DNA of 63,195 nt, filler included, from Reticulomyxa filosa (GCA_000512085.1; 14 parts of 14 records of this genome joined end to end with filler, not necessarily neighbours in it); one strand, 5' to 3'; positions 38,101 to 50,740 are shown, numbered from the whole stretch's first letter. Numbers and translations are program-made. The notes: generated from the letters alone by a model not told the origin.

Positions 38101-40191
38101 ATGAATCCCCACAAATCTGGAGAGGTGGATTTTTTTTTCCTGCTCATACCTTGTTGAAAACAATAAAGCCGAGGGCAAGAAACAACGTTGCGGGGGGGGG
38201 GAAAAAAAAAAAGTGACACAAGTGTTAAAGCACCAGCAAAATCCGGACAAAACAAGCCTCTTTGAAAATCAGTATTTGGTATGTCGAAAATATCGTAAGA
38301 CTCCGCAATGGGAGTCGTTGGAAGACGTGTTGAATGTAGATAAGAACTATCCCATGTCAAAGTATTGCACAACGGAGCAGATTAGCTTTTATCACGACAA
38401 AGTAATGGCCAATAAAATCCCAAATGAGTTTGAAGTGGAACAAATAATTGAAGAAGTAGAAACCCACAAAGGGGAACTCTGGTTCAAAATCCGATGGAAG
38501 GGATGGCCTTCGGTTTATGACACCTGGGAAGAACAGCCCGCGATTCCAAATGGCATCATCAGCCAATTTCGTAGGAAATACGTAAACAATATCCCCACGT
38601 TTTTGTCCTAAAATTTTTTAAAATGCCATTCTTTAAAAAAAAAAAAAAAAAAAAAAAAACAAAACAAATAATAAGTGCACAATTGGCGCAATCGGATTTG
38701 CAGAGAGCTATTGGAAGTCAAATTATAGCGCGGAATGGGGAAAGTTTATGGATGGCCATGACAATGCTCCTGATCATGCCAATTACGTGTACTACTTTTT
38801 CAAACGCTTTGGTTTGCACAATGCCATCAAAAGTGTTGCAGACTTTGGGTTTGGCACTGGGACACAGCTGGAGTCATTCGCACAGAAATTTAATCCCAAA
38901 GTCATTTATGGATTGGAACCAAGTTCATATCCGTTTAAAAAATTCATTGACACCCATCCCGGTTCGAGGTCTCCCTTTTCCGGCACGCACTTTCATGTGG
39001 AGTGTATGGATATTCTCTCCTATTGTTTTCGGTTTAGTATGGTCAAACATGTTTCTCTTGCAGTTGTTTTTTTTTTAAGAGAAAGAGAGAGAGAGAAGAA
39101 AAAATATTTGATGAGTCAGCAAAATGTTTATATTTACAAAATGAAAGCGGCTTTTCCTCGGAAGATGAGGAAGAGGAACGGAAAAAAAAAAAAAAAAAAA
39201 ATTAGTCAACGTATACATCTATAGCTGCTGGGAGCGATAAAACAGTAACACACAATTCTTATGTGTCATGTGTGTACAAAATTTACAGAGAACTGCAAAA
39301 AGTCAATTTTTTTAAGTTTGAAAAAGAAAAAAAGATAAAAGACGATTCGGAAAATATCAATGGAATGAATACGAGTGCGCTTGACCAAAGAGATAGAAGT
39401 GACTCGTGTGAGAAGAAAACGGAAGAAGAACACCCCGGCCTTAAGGACAATAGTGATTCCAATCCTCCCGCGAGCTTCAATACGATACAAAAGTTTATTG
39501 ATTACATCCCTCAAGCTCTACAAAAAATGTCTGAAATCCGACAACGTGTACGTCGCAGTCATCAGCACAGTGTCGGCGGTGAGGCGCACGATGAAAGCGC
39601 GAACAAATTTGAATTGAGCCCTTCCAAACACCAATCCAAAGAGACCACAATGATACATCCACATTATCAACAAGTACTTTGTTGCCAGCTTGGTGGTCAA
39701 AAAAAAGCTCCGAATCGACGGAAACAATGCCCTAAAAAAGGTGAAACAACTGAAGAAACGTGCAATTGCCAAAAAACAAAAAAGTTGATTGCTTTTACAT
39801 TTGAAATAATACATATATAGAAATGAACTTATGTTTGTCATACTTGTTACTAATGATTTTGTTGAATAGATGGGATGGCATGTTCAACTTGGGTCTATTC
39901 ATGAGTGTTGGCCAATACTTGGGAGATGAAGAATTTGAATTGGTTCTATTTTGTTTATCACTTTGGTGTGATTTTTTGTATATGGATGTTGTCACGACCG
40001 AAGAGTACGAAATTATGAAAACAGGAAGCACTTTCCAAGATCCTTATGCGATCCAACGGGGTAAAAGTTGGTACTTGAAAATCATCACCAAGTTTTGGCG
40101 AGTCATTGGCAACTCAATTTTGGAATCCAAATTCCTTTATGATGATACTGCTTCATCCAGTATCCCCAATGTGCTATTTCATGTTGAATAA
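38101..40191 (+). CDS. Chromodomain + class I SAM-dependent methyltransferase fusion protein, multi-exon
   Basis: Chromodomain 'EFEVEQII...WFKIRWKGWPSVYDTWE'. Phase-0 intron 38582-38675 joins it to 'GFAESYW...MDGHDNA...SVADFGFGTG...IYGLEPS...MDIL', and after a long insertion comes 'FNLGLFMSVGQYLGDEE...LYMDV'. The middle exon(s) have apparent indels and a TAG at 39203. The first exon is tentative. Confidence 0.72.
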
Positions 40192-41156
40192 TTACTTATA
40201 TCGCTTGTCCTTTTTTTCTTGTAGGCAAAAAATTGTGCGATTGATTGCAAAGAAGTATTTAATATCATTTTTTTTTTAGAAACTATTTAAGCAAATTCAC
40301 AAATTTTTCGGGTTTTTTTTTGTAACCTTTTTCGCATCGCATGCTTTTCTGATTCTCTCTTGCAAACTATTTAAGTTTTTTCTTAGTTCGTTTTAACGAC
40401 TTTTTTCGTTTTCCAAGAACAGTTGTCGTTTTACAGTTAATACATTTTGATTTCTTTTTAAATCGATGCCTATTGAGTCCTATATATTTTGTTAATCTTC
40501 GGCCTTTACGCTTAATCATGTCATATAGAAATCCGTAATAATATCTCTTCCAATTTTTTTTGAGTCAACAGAAGCTAAGCAGACGAAAAACGCTAAAAAT
40601 CGGAGAGTAAACGTTTTATTTAGCAATTATTACTGGTGGCATTGTAATTTTATGAATAGAAACACAACTACGACATGTAATAGGACAACAAGAAATTAAT
40701 CACAAAGTATGGATAATGGTTCAACACAAATGAAAGTACGATTATAAAAATAAATAAATAAAATATTTTGTGGAAAAGGTATACACAATACAATATAAGA
40801 TTTTGGAATATTTGATCTTTTATTATGACAACACAGACAAAGGACACTACAACTCTATTTTCGATTATTTGAAGAAATACATTGCGTCTGAACAACTATA
40901 ACAAAATTTTGATTAAAGAATGTTCGTAGATAATTTTGCTGCTCAAGCAAAGTCTTAACGTGTATTATTTGTAAATTATAGTTTTTTAATGCATGGTGTT
41001 ATTAATGCGTAGAATACACTTAAAATTTGTATTTTTCGAAGCTTGAATAACACGATAACAGCTACTTAAAGAAATAAAATAGTGATTATTCGGTGTTTTG
41101 TAAGTCTTTTTCTTTTAAAAAGACAAGCAAAAAAACTCCTTGAATAAATTTATAGC

Positions 41157-42934
41157 ATGGGTTGCTGTTTGTGCAAGTGTTTGGTACGACGTTTAGGTGG
41201 TACCTGGAATGATGAGACCAAGATATTTGACAAATCTGCAAGTACTTTGTCAAAAGAAGCTCTATTGTTGGTTGATCAAGCCTTTGAGGACATTGACCCA
41301 ACAAAAATACTGGACGTGCATGTACACCTGTTAGGAATAAATCGCGATCAAACAGGGTGTTATGTACACCAAAATATGGAAAAATGTTGTCGGTGTTCGA
41401 GCTATAGCAAAAAGAGAGTTAAGTTTGAACAAGTAAGAGGCGGTGCAAAAAATGAAAAAAATGAATGAAGGGGGGGGGACTGAAAAAAAAAAAATTATAT
41501 TGAAATAATCCAATAATGATAATAATAAAAACAATAAAAAGATAATGATGCAAGCATCTGGTGTGGCAGATGAAAAGGATGACCGTCACTATGTGAATCG
41601 ATTGGTGAGCCGATTTGAAAACTTCATCCCACCCTCAGTCCAAGAGCGAGAAGCAAGAAAAAAAGAAGAGAAATCGGAAGAAAAAGAAGAAAAAAAAGAA
41701 CAAGAATCAGAAACGATGACGAGCAAGAACAAACAAATTTATCCGAAAGCAGTATTGTTAGCATTGGATGAAGTATATAGCGTAAACGGCGTAAGCGAGC
41801 CAAATCACACAAGTGTACACACACCCAATGAATACGTTGAAAAAATTGTGGATGAGTTTCCTCACATTTTCGCGTGTGGTGCTTCGATTCACCCTTATCG
41901 CGAGGACTGCGTAGAAAAGTTACAATATTACAAACAGAAAGGATGCAAAGTCATCAAATGGCTACCCAATTCCATGGGAATTGACCCTGCAAGTTCCAAA
42001 TGTGATCACTTTTATGAAGCCATGAAGGAGTTGGATTTGATTCTGTTGTCTCATACCGGAGCTGAACACGCACTTGATGATGCCAGTTCATTCTTTGTTT
42101 TTTGTTGTTGTTGTTGTTGATAACTTTTTGCTTTGTAAGTAGCGGAGAAGATATATACAATATTCATTTATTTATATGTAAATAAATAATGGATATACGT
42201 ATTTTTCATATGCACGTGATCTTCTTAATATATTTTGGTTCAGATTACACCTTTCAAGAAAATGGTAATCCTTTGCGTTTGCAGCGAGCCTTGGACAAGG
42301 GCGTGAAAGTGATTATGGCACATTGTGCTAGCGAAGGGGAAGACGAGGATCTTGACAGTAACACTCATGCCCAGGTTTCGTCGGTCGATCTGTTTATGAG
42401 ATTGATGGACAACCCAAAGTATGACGGCTTATTATTTGGTGACATCTCTGCTTTGACTTCTTTTCGTCGTGTTGGTGCCTTGGTTAAAGTTTTGAAGCGA
42501 ACGGATATTCACCATCGATTGATCCATGGTAGCGACTATCCTGTTATGTTTGATTATTATTAGACATTCCCATGGAAAGGGAATAACCTAGCTTTTTGTT
42601 GATCTAATAGGTGCCCTGTGTGAGCAGTGTTGTGTGGTACCGGCGCTTGATTAGCAATAATTTGATAACTCCTGCTCAAAGTGCTGCGTTGACTGAGATC
42701 TTTGGGTATAATCCTCTGTTGGCAGATTTCGTCTTGAAACGAATTCTGTCTTTAACTGATGCCGTTACAAATACAAAATATGTCTTCAATCCCATCATTT
42801 TCCAACAAGTGGATATTTTAAAAGATATCGAAATTGAAACGTTGTCCGCTTCCAAAGAGGAACCCGGCCTTCATAACGCCACTGAGTCCAAGGAAAGCAG
42901 TTTGCTTCAGCCATCAACCACAAAAACTACATGA
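41157..42934 (+). CDS. Amidohydrolase_2-family metallohydrolase, 4 exons, lipidation-type N-terminus
   Basis: 'DVHVH', 'ASIHPYR', 'KWLPNSMGIDP', 'HTGAEH', 'VIMAHCAS', 'FGDISA', 'HGSDYP'. Introns 41418-41541, 42086-42243, 42543-42610. Starts MGCCLCKC. Confidence 0.88.
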
Positions 42935-43527
42935 AAATCTGGCCCTGTCTGTCCAAAGCAGAGGAGTCAGCTTTGGAATTTTAAGCAAATCTACTTTTGG
43001 CCCTCCAATGTCACTTTTCATAGAAGTTTTGTAAGATAATGTGCATTCACCAAAATTTTCTTTCTGAACGAGCGAAATTTGTACTTTTTCCAATTTGACC
43101 AATTTCAAGAATTGACTACAATATCTCCTGAAAAGAGATGGCAGGAAACAAAGGAAGCAACTTGCTTAAAAAAATTCCTGAAGTTTTTGGCATTTTTGAG
43201 ATTCAGCAAGCAACCAATCGTACCAAAAAAAAAAAACAACCCAAGACCTTATTAAAGTGTGGATAATCACGGCAGTGTTCCCAACAACAACAACAATCAA
43301 GCAAGGTTTTAGTGGAAAAACTTTTGAAATAAAAAATATTTTTAGCTTCAACAGCAAAATCCTCTTGTGGCTTGCTAATGATATGGACGTTCCTCAAATC
43401 AAATAATGTCCATACCATGAACAACCCCAAAACAAAAACTGTACAAACCCCAAAACAATTTTGTTTTTTCCCTCGTTTCCCTTTTTTTTTGTTTTTTGTC
43501 TTTTTTTTCCCCCTCTCAATTTGCAAA

Positions 43528-45011
43528 TCATTCTTCTCCCCCTTTCTTTGGTGTTTCTCGCATTAGGACTTGTGCAAAAGCGCATGCAATTCCAAATTGT
43601 ATGCTTTCGATACAAGAATATCTTCCATAAGTAGAGACAACTTGGACTTTGTACCATCGACTTGTGTCTTGAATTCCCAAGCTGGTTTTGAACTCCTGCC
43701 ATTCCTTGGTTTGTTGGCTAACAAAAGTAAAGCATTCGACCCAACCTTTTTCTTCGTCTTCTTCTTTGGCATTTGGATAAGGAGTAGTAGATTTTTCCAA
43801 GCAAACAATTTGAGCTCTTTCACACAATCAATATCGTCAAAGTGATTTTTCAATTTGATGATTTGTGGATAAGAAAAAAAGGCCAATTCCACTATAAAAT
43901 GTTGATCCGGCATTTGTTGACAAGTGCGGTAGGACCAACGCGATCCCTTTGTCAAATCGAACAATGTCTTTGCATTGTCTTGCTCCACATTACTTTTTAT
44001 CACCCGACAGCCAGTTGTGAACCCTTTTTATCCAATCGTGTGAACACACAAAGAAACAAAGCATGCATTTGCATATATACATATATAAATGTATATAAAT
44101 ATATAAGGAGAGAAGAATTAAGCAGAGACAACAAATGCACTTCAATCAGTTTGACTTTTGCATATACACCATACAACGACAAAGTAGATGGTATGTGGGT
44201 ATGCTCCACCCCCTTTCTTTTTCTTTGTCCATTTACCTGTTTCCTGGGTCATTTCTCTGGCATCAAATCTGCTTAGTTTGGGTCTCCGTTTGTTGTCAAT
44301 GAAATACACCAGCACTTCTTCTCTCAAGTCTCGATCTTCGATGTGGTCCTTGACACGGTCCAAGAAGAACGTGGGTTTCATCAAAGCAAAGCGAAACACA
44401 CGAACAAACCAGCGATCCCACAATCCGGTCAATTCGTCGATAGTTTTCTGCGTCGGCTCAAAGTCTTTACTTTGTACTGAAAGCTGTAAACGTAAAAAAA
44501 AAAATAAAATTATATACACATAATTTTTAAATTAGTTATTTTTCGTTTCGCACCCCTTTTATAACCTTTTTTTTTAAAAAAAAAAATAGAGGGACAAAAA
44601 AAAAAAAAACTTTCGCGCAAGTACAACACCCAACTTTAGGTTTTTCCTCTTCTTTTTCTTCTTCTTCTTCTTCCTCTTCATTGTCGCTTTTGTGATCAGG
44701 ATCGGTGTAATATGGGCGAAATCTGTCCAAGTTGGTTTCGTATTCGGACCGATCATGGGGAAACTCTTCGTCAGCAGAAGAATGAGGTTGTTCTTTTTCT
44801 TTGTAGCGAAAGCGCCGCAAATAAGGAACCGCAAAGCATTGTGCCCATTCTTGAGTGCGTTGCCACAAATCTTCTTCTTTCACCCGAAAAAACGGAGCAG
44901 CCGCCAATCGTATTATCACTTCAAAAGACGCTTCCAAAAACCCTTCACTGAACAGTACATCTTCACTGTTGTACGCGACTACATGTAATATGTGGTTTTC
45001 CAATTCCTTTT
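43528..45011 (-). CDS. BACK-domain protein (BTB/BACK type) with a C-terminal galactose-binding/F5-8C-like domain, 5'-truncated
   Basis: BACK-like 'EDVLFSEGFLEASFEVIIRL...VKEEDLWQRTQEWA' and 'FRFALMKPTFFLDRV'. C-terminal 'SRWSY...HFIVEL...VKELKL...WQEF...SRWYKVQVVSTYG...IESIQFG'. One frameshift near 43790. Confidence 0.6.
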
Positions 45012-45112
45012 NNNNNNNNNNNNNNNNNNNNNNNNNNNNNNNNNNNNNNNNNNNNTTAATTAATTAANNNNNNNNNNNNNNNNNNNNNNNNNNNNNNNNN
45101 NNNNNNNNNNNC

Positions 45113-45202
45113 GGCGCGATGAGCCATGCCGAGAACCTCGGCTCGATGCGCCGTTTCGGCGAACAGGTCATGCCGGCCTTCGTTGAATTTCAGCCCGCCT
45201 GA
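45113..45202 (+). CDS. C-terminal end of a bacterial LLM-class flavin-dependent oxidoreductase
   Basis: Reads GAMSHAENLGSMRRFGEQVMPAFVEFQPA*, typical of luciferase-like monooxygenase C-termini. Short. Confidence 0.5.
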   Translation, partial: GAMSHAENLGSMRRFGEQVMPAFVEFQPA

Positions 45203-45212
45203 GGGGCTTTTT
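45192..45212 (+). terminator. Possible intrinsic terminator overlapping the stop codon
   Basis: AGCCC-GCCTGAG-GGGCT hairpin followed by a short T run. Confidence 0.35.
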
Positions 45213-45346
45213 CGTCCGAAATCGTACCGACCAGACCTTTCTCCCCCGGTAACTGCAGCTGCGGCCGGAACCGTTAGCCCGCCTTTGCGTTTGCCATCAC
45301 GGCCTCTGCCCTGTGCGTCAGGCGAAGCCAGTTCAGGGGAGGAATC

Positions 45347-46237
45347 ATGGCCGTTTCCAATCAGGACCAGGCGCTGGTGCGCCTCTTTTCGGATGGTGAA
45401 GCTGAAATTCTTGCGGATTGGGTTTCGACCCTCAATCTCGGGGAAACCCGGATGACGCCGCAGGAAGCCGAAAGTCAGGCTCGTGCCGTCCTGCACGCCT
45501 TGGGCAAGGGCATCGCCCAGGGAAATCCGGGCGATTTCACCGGCCCGAACTTTACCGATGTCCGCGATGTACTTCAGAGCTTCTCGAGAAGTCGCGCCCT
45601 GCAAGGCTTCTCACCGAACGAAACCGCGATCTTCGTTTTCTCGCTGAAGCGCTCCCTGTTCGGGCAAGTGCGCAAGGCCGCGCCCCCGGAGGAAGCCTTC
45701 GACCTGCTCTGGCGGGTGAACCAACTGATCGATCAGCTCGGCCTGTTCACCGTCGAGACCTACCAGAAGACACGCGAGGAGCTGATCGCGCGCCAGGGCA
45801 AGGAGATCGAGGAACTTTCCACACCGGTCGTGAAGCTCTGGGACGGCATCGTGGCGCTGCCGCTGATCGGCACCCTGGACAGCGGGCGCACCCAGGTGGT
45901 GATGCAGAACCTGCTGGAGACCATCGTCCAGACCGAAGCCGAGATCGCCATCATCGACATCACCGGCGTGCCCATGGTCGACACGCTCACGGCCCAGCAT
46001 CTGCTGAAGACCGTGTCGGCGGCCCGGCTGATGGGCGCCGACTGCATCATCAGTGGCATACGCCCCCAGATCGCGCAGACGATCGTACAGCTCGGCGTCC
46101 ACCTGAAAGTCGTCTCCAAGGCTACTCTCGCCGATGCGCTGGCGCTGGCATTGCGGCGCACCGGCCGCGTCGTGAGCAAGATGAAGACCCAGTCGCCCAT
46201 TGCCCCCCAGGAGCCGCTGGCCGGCCCACGCGGCTGA
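45347..46237 (+). CDS. rsbR: Stressosome RsbR-type protein (N-terminal sensor + STAS)
   Basis: 'SRSRALQGFSPNETAIFVFSLK', 'ELSTPVVKLWDGIVALPLIGTLDSGRTQ', 'DITGVPMVDT', 'SGIRPQIAQTIV'. GGAGG RBS upstream. Confidence 0.92.
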   Translation: MAVSNQDQALVRLFSDGEAEILADWVSTLNLGETRMTPQEAESQARAVLHALGKGIAQGNPGDFTGPNFTDVRDVLQSFSRSRALQGFSPNETAIFVFSLKRSLFGQVRKAAPPEEAFDLLWRVNQLIDQLGLFTVETYQKTREELIARQGKEIEELSTPVVKLWDGIVALPLIGTLDSGRTQVVMQNLLETIVQTEAEIAIIDITGVPMVDTLTAQHLLKTVSAARLMGADCIISGIRPQIAQTIVQLGVHLKVVSKATLADALALALRRTGRVVSKMKTQSPIAPQEPLAGPRG

Positions 46238-46247
46238 GGCCGGCGCC

Positions 46248-46598
46248 ATGGACAGCATTCCCATCCTCAAGATCGGATCGGCACTCCTCGTGACGATCCA
46301 GGTCGACATGCACGACCAGCTCGCGACGCGTCTCCAGGACGATCTCACCGAGAAGATCGTGCAGCATCGCGCCCGCGGCGTGCTGATCGATATCTCCGCG
46401 CTCGAGATCGTCGACAGCTTCATCGGCCGCATGCTGGCCAACATCGCCAACGTCTCCCGCCTGCTCGATGCCGACACGGTGGTCGTCGGCATGCGTCCGG
46501 AGGTCGCGATCACGCTTGTCGAGCTGGGCCTCGGCCTGCCCGGGGTGAAGACCGCCCTCAATGCCGAGCGCGGACTGGCCCTCATCGGCGGCGTGTCG
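46248..46598 (+). CDS. rsbS: Stressosome RsbS-type STAS protein, cut at the contig end
   Basis: 'MDSIPILKIG', 'LIDISALEIVDSFIGR', 'VVGMRPEVAITLVELGL'. Directly downstream of rsbR. Confidence 0.92.
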
Positions 46599-46698
46599 NN
46601 NNNNNNNNNNNNNNNNNNNNNNNNNNNNNNNNNNNNNNNNNNTTAATTAATTAANNNNNNNNNNNNNNNNNNNNNNNNNNNNNNNNNNNNNNNNNNNN

Positions 46699-46717
46699 AG
46701 GTTGATATTGCGATTGA

Positions 46718-46749
<32 letters not shown>

Positions 46750-47960
46750 ATGTTGTTGTTGTTGATGTTGATGTTGGGACTGGAGTTGAGTTTGAGTCAC
46801 ATTGTCAGTGAAAGTATTTTCCACTGCTGATACTTTGGCCGACTTTGACTTGGTGGTTTTTTTATTTTGGTGGCTGAAGATCTTCTTTTTGAGCCTCTTC
46901 CACATATCGTGATGTGGGCGAAGCTTGTCTACTGCACGACTGAACGACATTTTTTTGCTACTACTTGCATTTTTTGGAACGATCGAAGACGGCGGCAAAG
47001 ATGAGGAAGAAGGCGAAGAGGAAGAGATAGTGGAGGAATGTCGATTGGATAAAGGTGTTGTCATATCTATAAAGTCCACTTCTGCGTGTTTCACTTCTTC
47101 CTTGCTATTATTGTAATGATCTTGCATTTGTTGTTTTTGCGATTGTTTTTGTTTTTGTTTTTGCTTTTGTTTGTCTTTTTTCTTGTTCTTATTTGCATGT
47201 CCATTTTTGCTGTGATTATGTTCATTGTTACCGTCACCACTATGATTACCACCGTTTTGAGCATCGGCTTCCCTTTCATCGTCGTCGCTTCCAAGAACGA
47301 CGCTGCTCTCGCGTTGTACGAGCGGAGTGCCGACGTCGACGGTGATGCCGCGATCTCGTTGTGTGAGATGAGGAGTGGGCATTGAGTCATCAGAGACGCG
47401 ACTACTGGAGTGAGCAATGATCTGCTCATTGCTGTTTCTTTGCTTTAAAGCCATGCCTACGTGCGGGATTTTCTCTTGCGTCGGAGACGATCTTTGACGC
47501 ACCAAAGGGGTTATGATCGGGGTCGATGTTACTGTCGATATTGATGTCGCTGATGTTGTCGATATCGATGGCATTATTGTAAGAAGGGGGGCGGCGGCGG
47601 CGGCGGCTGATCCTACCACTTTGCCTGTTGACATAACGTCTGATACTACGGATCGTGTATGGTCTTTCTGCACATCATCATTACTCTTTCTTTTTTCTTC
47701 GTCCATTGGATTATTGTCTATTGCCACCGACTTTTCTTCACTCGTCTTCGCACTCTTGTTCTCATCCACCAATTGTTGTATCTTCTTCAAAAATATCATC
47801 GAATCGTTGTTACGTTGCGATAAGATCGTCATTCGCAAGTTCAACTCCTCCACTTGCTCCAAAATGCTCTTGTTCTTCTCTGTTAAATTCCTCATTCCTT
47901 GGTTCAACATTTTCAAATCCGGATTCAGTTCACCTTCTCCTTTGCTAAGGTCTTTTTCAA
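46699..47960 (-). CDS. Internal exon of a low-complexity protein (coiled coil, S/T-rich, polyQ/H)
   Basis: ~420-codon open frame bounded by an A-rich intron end and the contig end. No recognisable domain. Confidence 0.5.
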
Positions 47961-49601
47961 ACTTTTGTTGCGTCTTTTTTTTTTTTTTTTTTCCACACAT
48001 ATACATTTATAAAATATATGTATGAACATATACATGTGTGTATANNNNNNNNNNNNNNNNNNNNNNNNNNNNNNNNNNNNNNNNNNNNTTAATTAATTAA
48101 NNNNNNNNNNNNNNNNNNNNNNNNNNNNNNNNNNNNNNNNNNNNCACTTGTATGAATGAACAAAAGGAAGATCAGCAAATTTGAGAAAGATCAAATGTGC
48201 ATATATTTTCTTACTGTTTTTTTTTTAATGAACAATTAATTAAACAAAGCAATTACGTCTTCCTAAAATCACTTTGATCTAAATTTAAACATTACCAAAA
48301 CAAAAAAGCTACGACACACAAAAATTCAAAGTTTATATTTTTAATCTCCTCCCTTGGTTTGATCGTTGTCCAAATCCTTTAATTATAATGTATATAATGC
48401 ATACAAGATGATGTCACTTTCCTGAAATAAGCACTTTATCATTATTATCACACATGTGCATCCTCCATTCCGTTAACAGAATTATGATCGCATGTTTTTG
48501 TTTTTTAAAATAAATTGATGGCAACAAATACAGTTGGGCTTCCCACTACATCTTGCTTCAGAAATAAAACAATTTCTATGTGTAAAAATGATATTAAATT
48601 AATCAATATAATATCAATGAATACTACATTATGTGCGTTCTTTATGTGATATAAATAATAGTATTGCTTGACATTGAATAATTAAGATGAGATTGTTGAA
48701 TTGATGATAAAAGCTGAAATTGATATTATAATTAAAACAAAAAACAGAAAAGATAACGTTGGACATTTAAAAATCTTAAATTGTGCCAAACAAACAAATA
48801 ATAATGAAACAACTGATGAAAAAGAAACTGCTTACAAAGAAAGCGGGTAATAGCTTAACAAAAAAAAGGTAGCACTTTTTAGAAATGTAAACATACTTGG
48901 AGTCAAAATCATTTAATATGATCTACAAATAATTTCTTTTTTAATCGGTTGGAGCAAGATTTTTACAAGGACTAATATAACTTATTTCAAAGTGTATTTA
49001 TTGATCAAAACAACTGTTCTTACTTTGCTGTCTGCCTTTCAAATTTAAAACAATCTTCCTTTTTTTTTTTTATATCTATTGTTGTATTCTTTCCAAAAAT
49101 TTAAGGATAACAAAAATATTTTAACTTCTTAAATGATATTTCGATAATCATATTCAATGCTATAAAAAAAAACACATTTAAAATATTCTGCAACTTGTTT
49201 CATATTTGGATAAATTTATTTGATTCTTCAAAAACAATTAAACTCAGCTTTTTTAATATTTTTAAGCAAAAAATAAAATAAAATAAATCTTTCAATCTTT
49301 TTCCTTCAACCAAATTTTTCAAACAAAAAAAAAATTCATTTCTTATTCGACAAAACAGTAAATTATCCCCAAATATGAATAGGACCTTTGCGCGAACCAT
49401 AACACAAATTCAGATCATATGTATTTACTTTCTTTTTCAATCCAATAAATTTAAAATAGCATATTCCATCATCTTCTTCATCATCTCCTTTGATCATATA
49501 CNNNNNNNNNNNNNNNNNNNNNNNNNNNNNNNNNNNNNNNNNNNNTTAATTAATTAANNNNNNNNNNNNNNNNNNNNNNNNNNNNNNNNNNNNNNNNNNN
49601 N

Positions 49602-50435
49602 GGGCTAAATGGTCGCCTGTTTGCTATTGACCGTGACCCAAGCGCTATTGCGGCGGCCCAGGCCAGCGAGTTTGCCGGTGATCCGCGTTTTCATATCAGT
49701 CATTGCGCTTTTGCGGCGATGGCGCAGGTGGCGCAAGCACAGGGCATCAGCGGTCAGGTCGACGGTATTTTGCTGGACTTAGGCGTGTCGTCGCCTCAGC
49801 TGGATGATGCTGAACGTGGTTTTAGTTTTATGCGGGATGGTCCGCTGGATATGCGGATGGACCCAACCAGCGGCATCTCAGCGGCAGCCTGGCTCGCCAA
49901 AGCGGACGCCGACGACATTGCTTTTGTGTTGCGGGAATACGGTGAAGAGAAATTTGCCTGGAAAATTGCCAAGACTATTGTCGAGCGGCGTGACAACGAG
50001 CCATTAACCCGTACTGCGCAGCTGGCGTCGTTAATTGCCAGCGTGGTGCCAAAAAGCCCGAAAGAGAAAAAACATCCGGCCACCCGCAGTTTTCAGGGCA
50101 TTCGCATTTATATCAACAGCGAACTGGAACAGGTGGCTACTGCATTAGAAGCCGCGCTGGATATCTTAAAACCAGGCGGTCGTTTGTCGGTGATCAGCTT
50201 TCACTCGCTGGAAGATCGGCTGGTGAAACAGTTTATGCGCAAACACAGTAAGCCGGCACCATTGCCAAAAGGCATTGTGTTGACCGATGCGCAAATGAAA
50301 CAGGACCTGGCGCTGACGCTGGTCGGCAAAGCCATTATGCCGTCTGACGACGAATTAGCACAAAACCCCAGAGCCCGCAGTGCGGTGTTACGGGTGGCTG
50401 AGCGCACTGCGATGCCGAAGCGGGAGGCGAAATGA
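49602..50435 (+). CDS. rsmH: 16S rRNA m4C1402 methyltransferase, 5'-truncated (gammaproteobacterial)
   Basis: '[18 protein letters not shown]', 'DGPLDMRMD', 'HPATRSFQ', '[12 protein letters not shown]', '[13 protein letters not shown]'. Confidence 0.96.
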   Translation, partial: GLNGRLFAIDRDPSAIAAAQASEFAGDPRFHISHCAFAAMAQVAQAQGISGQVDGILLDLGVSSPQLDDAERGFSFMRDGPLDMRMDPTSGISAAAWLAKADADDIAFVLREYGEEKFAWKIAKTIVERRDNEPLTRTAQLASLIASVVPKSPKEKKHPATRSFQGIRIYINSELEQVATALEAALDILKPGGRLSVISFHSLEDRLVKQFMRKHSKPAPLPKGIVLTDAQMKQDLALTLVGKAIMPSDDELAQNPRARSAVLRVAERTAMPKREAK

Positions 50436-50740
50436 GCGCTATCCAGCTGAATAAATTAATCATTAAAGATCTGGCCAACCACAAGTTTGTGGTGCTGCTG
50501 ATGGTACTGGCGATTGGCTCGGCGCTGGCGGTGGTGGAACTGACCCACATGAACCGGCAACTGACCATCAGCCAAGACAAATTGTTTCAACAAAGGGACG
50601 CCCTTGATCTGGAGTGGCGTAATTTACTGGTCGAACAACGGGCGTTGTCTGAACACAGCCGGGTCGAAGATCTGGCCAAGCAGCAGTTGCAAATGGTTCG
50701 TCCACTCGGACAGCAAGACATAGTGGTAGATGAGCCATGA
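50432..50740 (+). CDS. ftsL: Cell division protein FtsL
   Basis: One TM segment followed by '[22 protein letters not shown]'. ATGA overlap with rsmH, in dcw cluster order. Confidence 0.93.
   Translation: MSAIQLNKLIIKDLANHKFVVLLMVLAIGSALAVVELTHMNRQLTISQDKLFQQRDALDLEWRNLLVEQRALSEHSRVEDLAKQQLQMVRPLGQQDIVVDEP

Noticed and set aside
29158-39205. Stop-codon reassignment (internal stops in the P4-ATPase; TAG at 39203)
   Set aside because: Long intact genes (TAF5, RAD6, COPA segments) have no in-frame stops and end in TAA or TGA. The ATPase also has frameshifts and lost motifs. The 39203 TAG follows a 20-A run where errors are likely.
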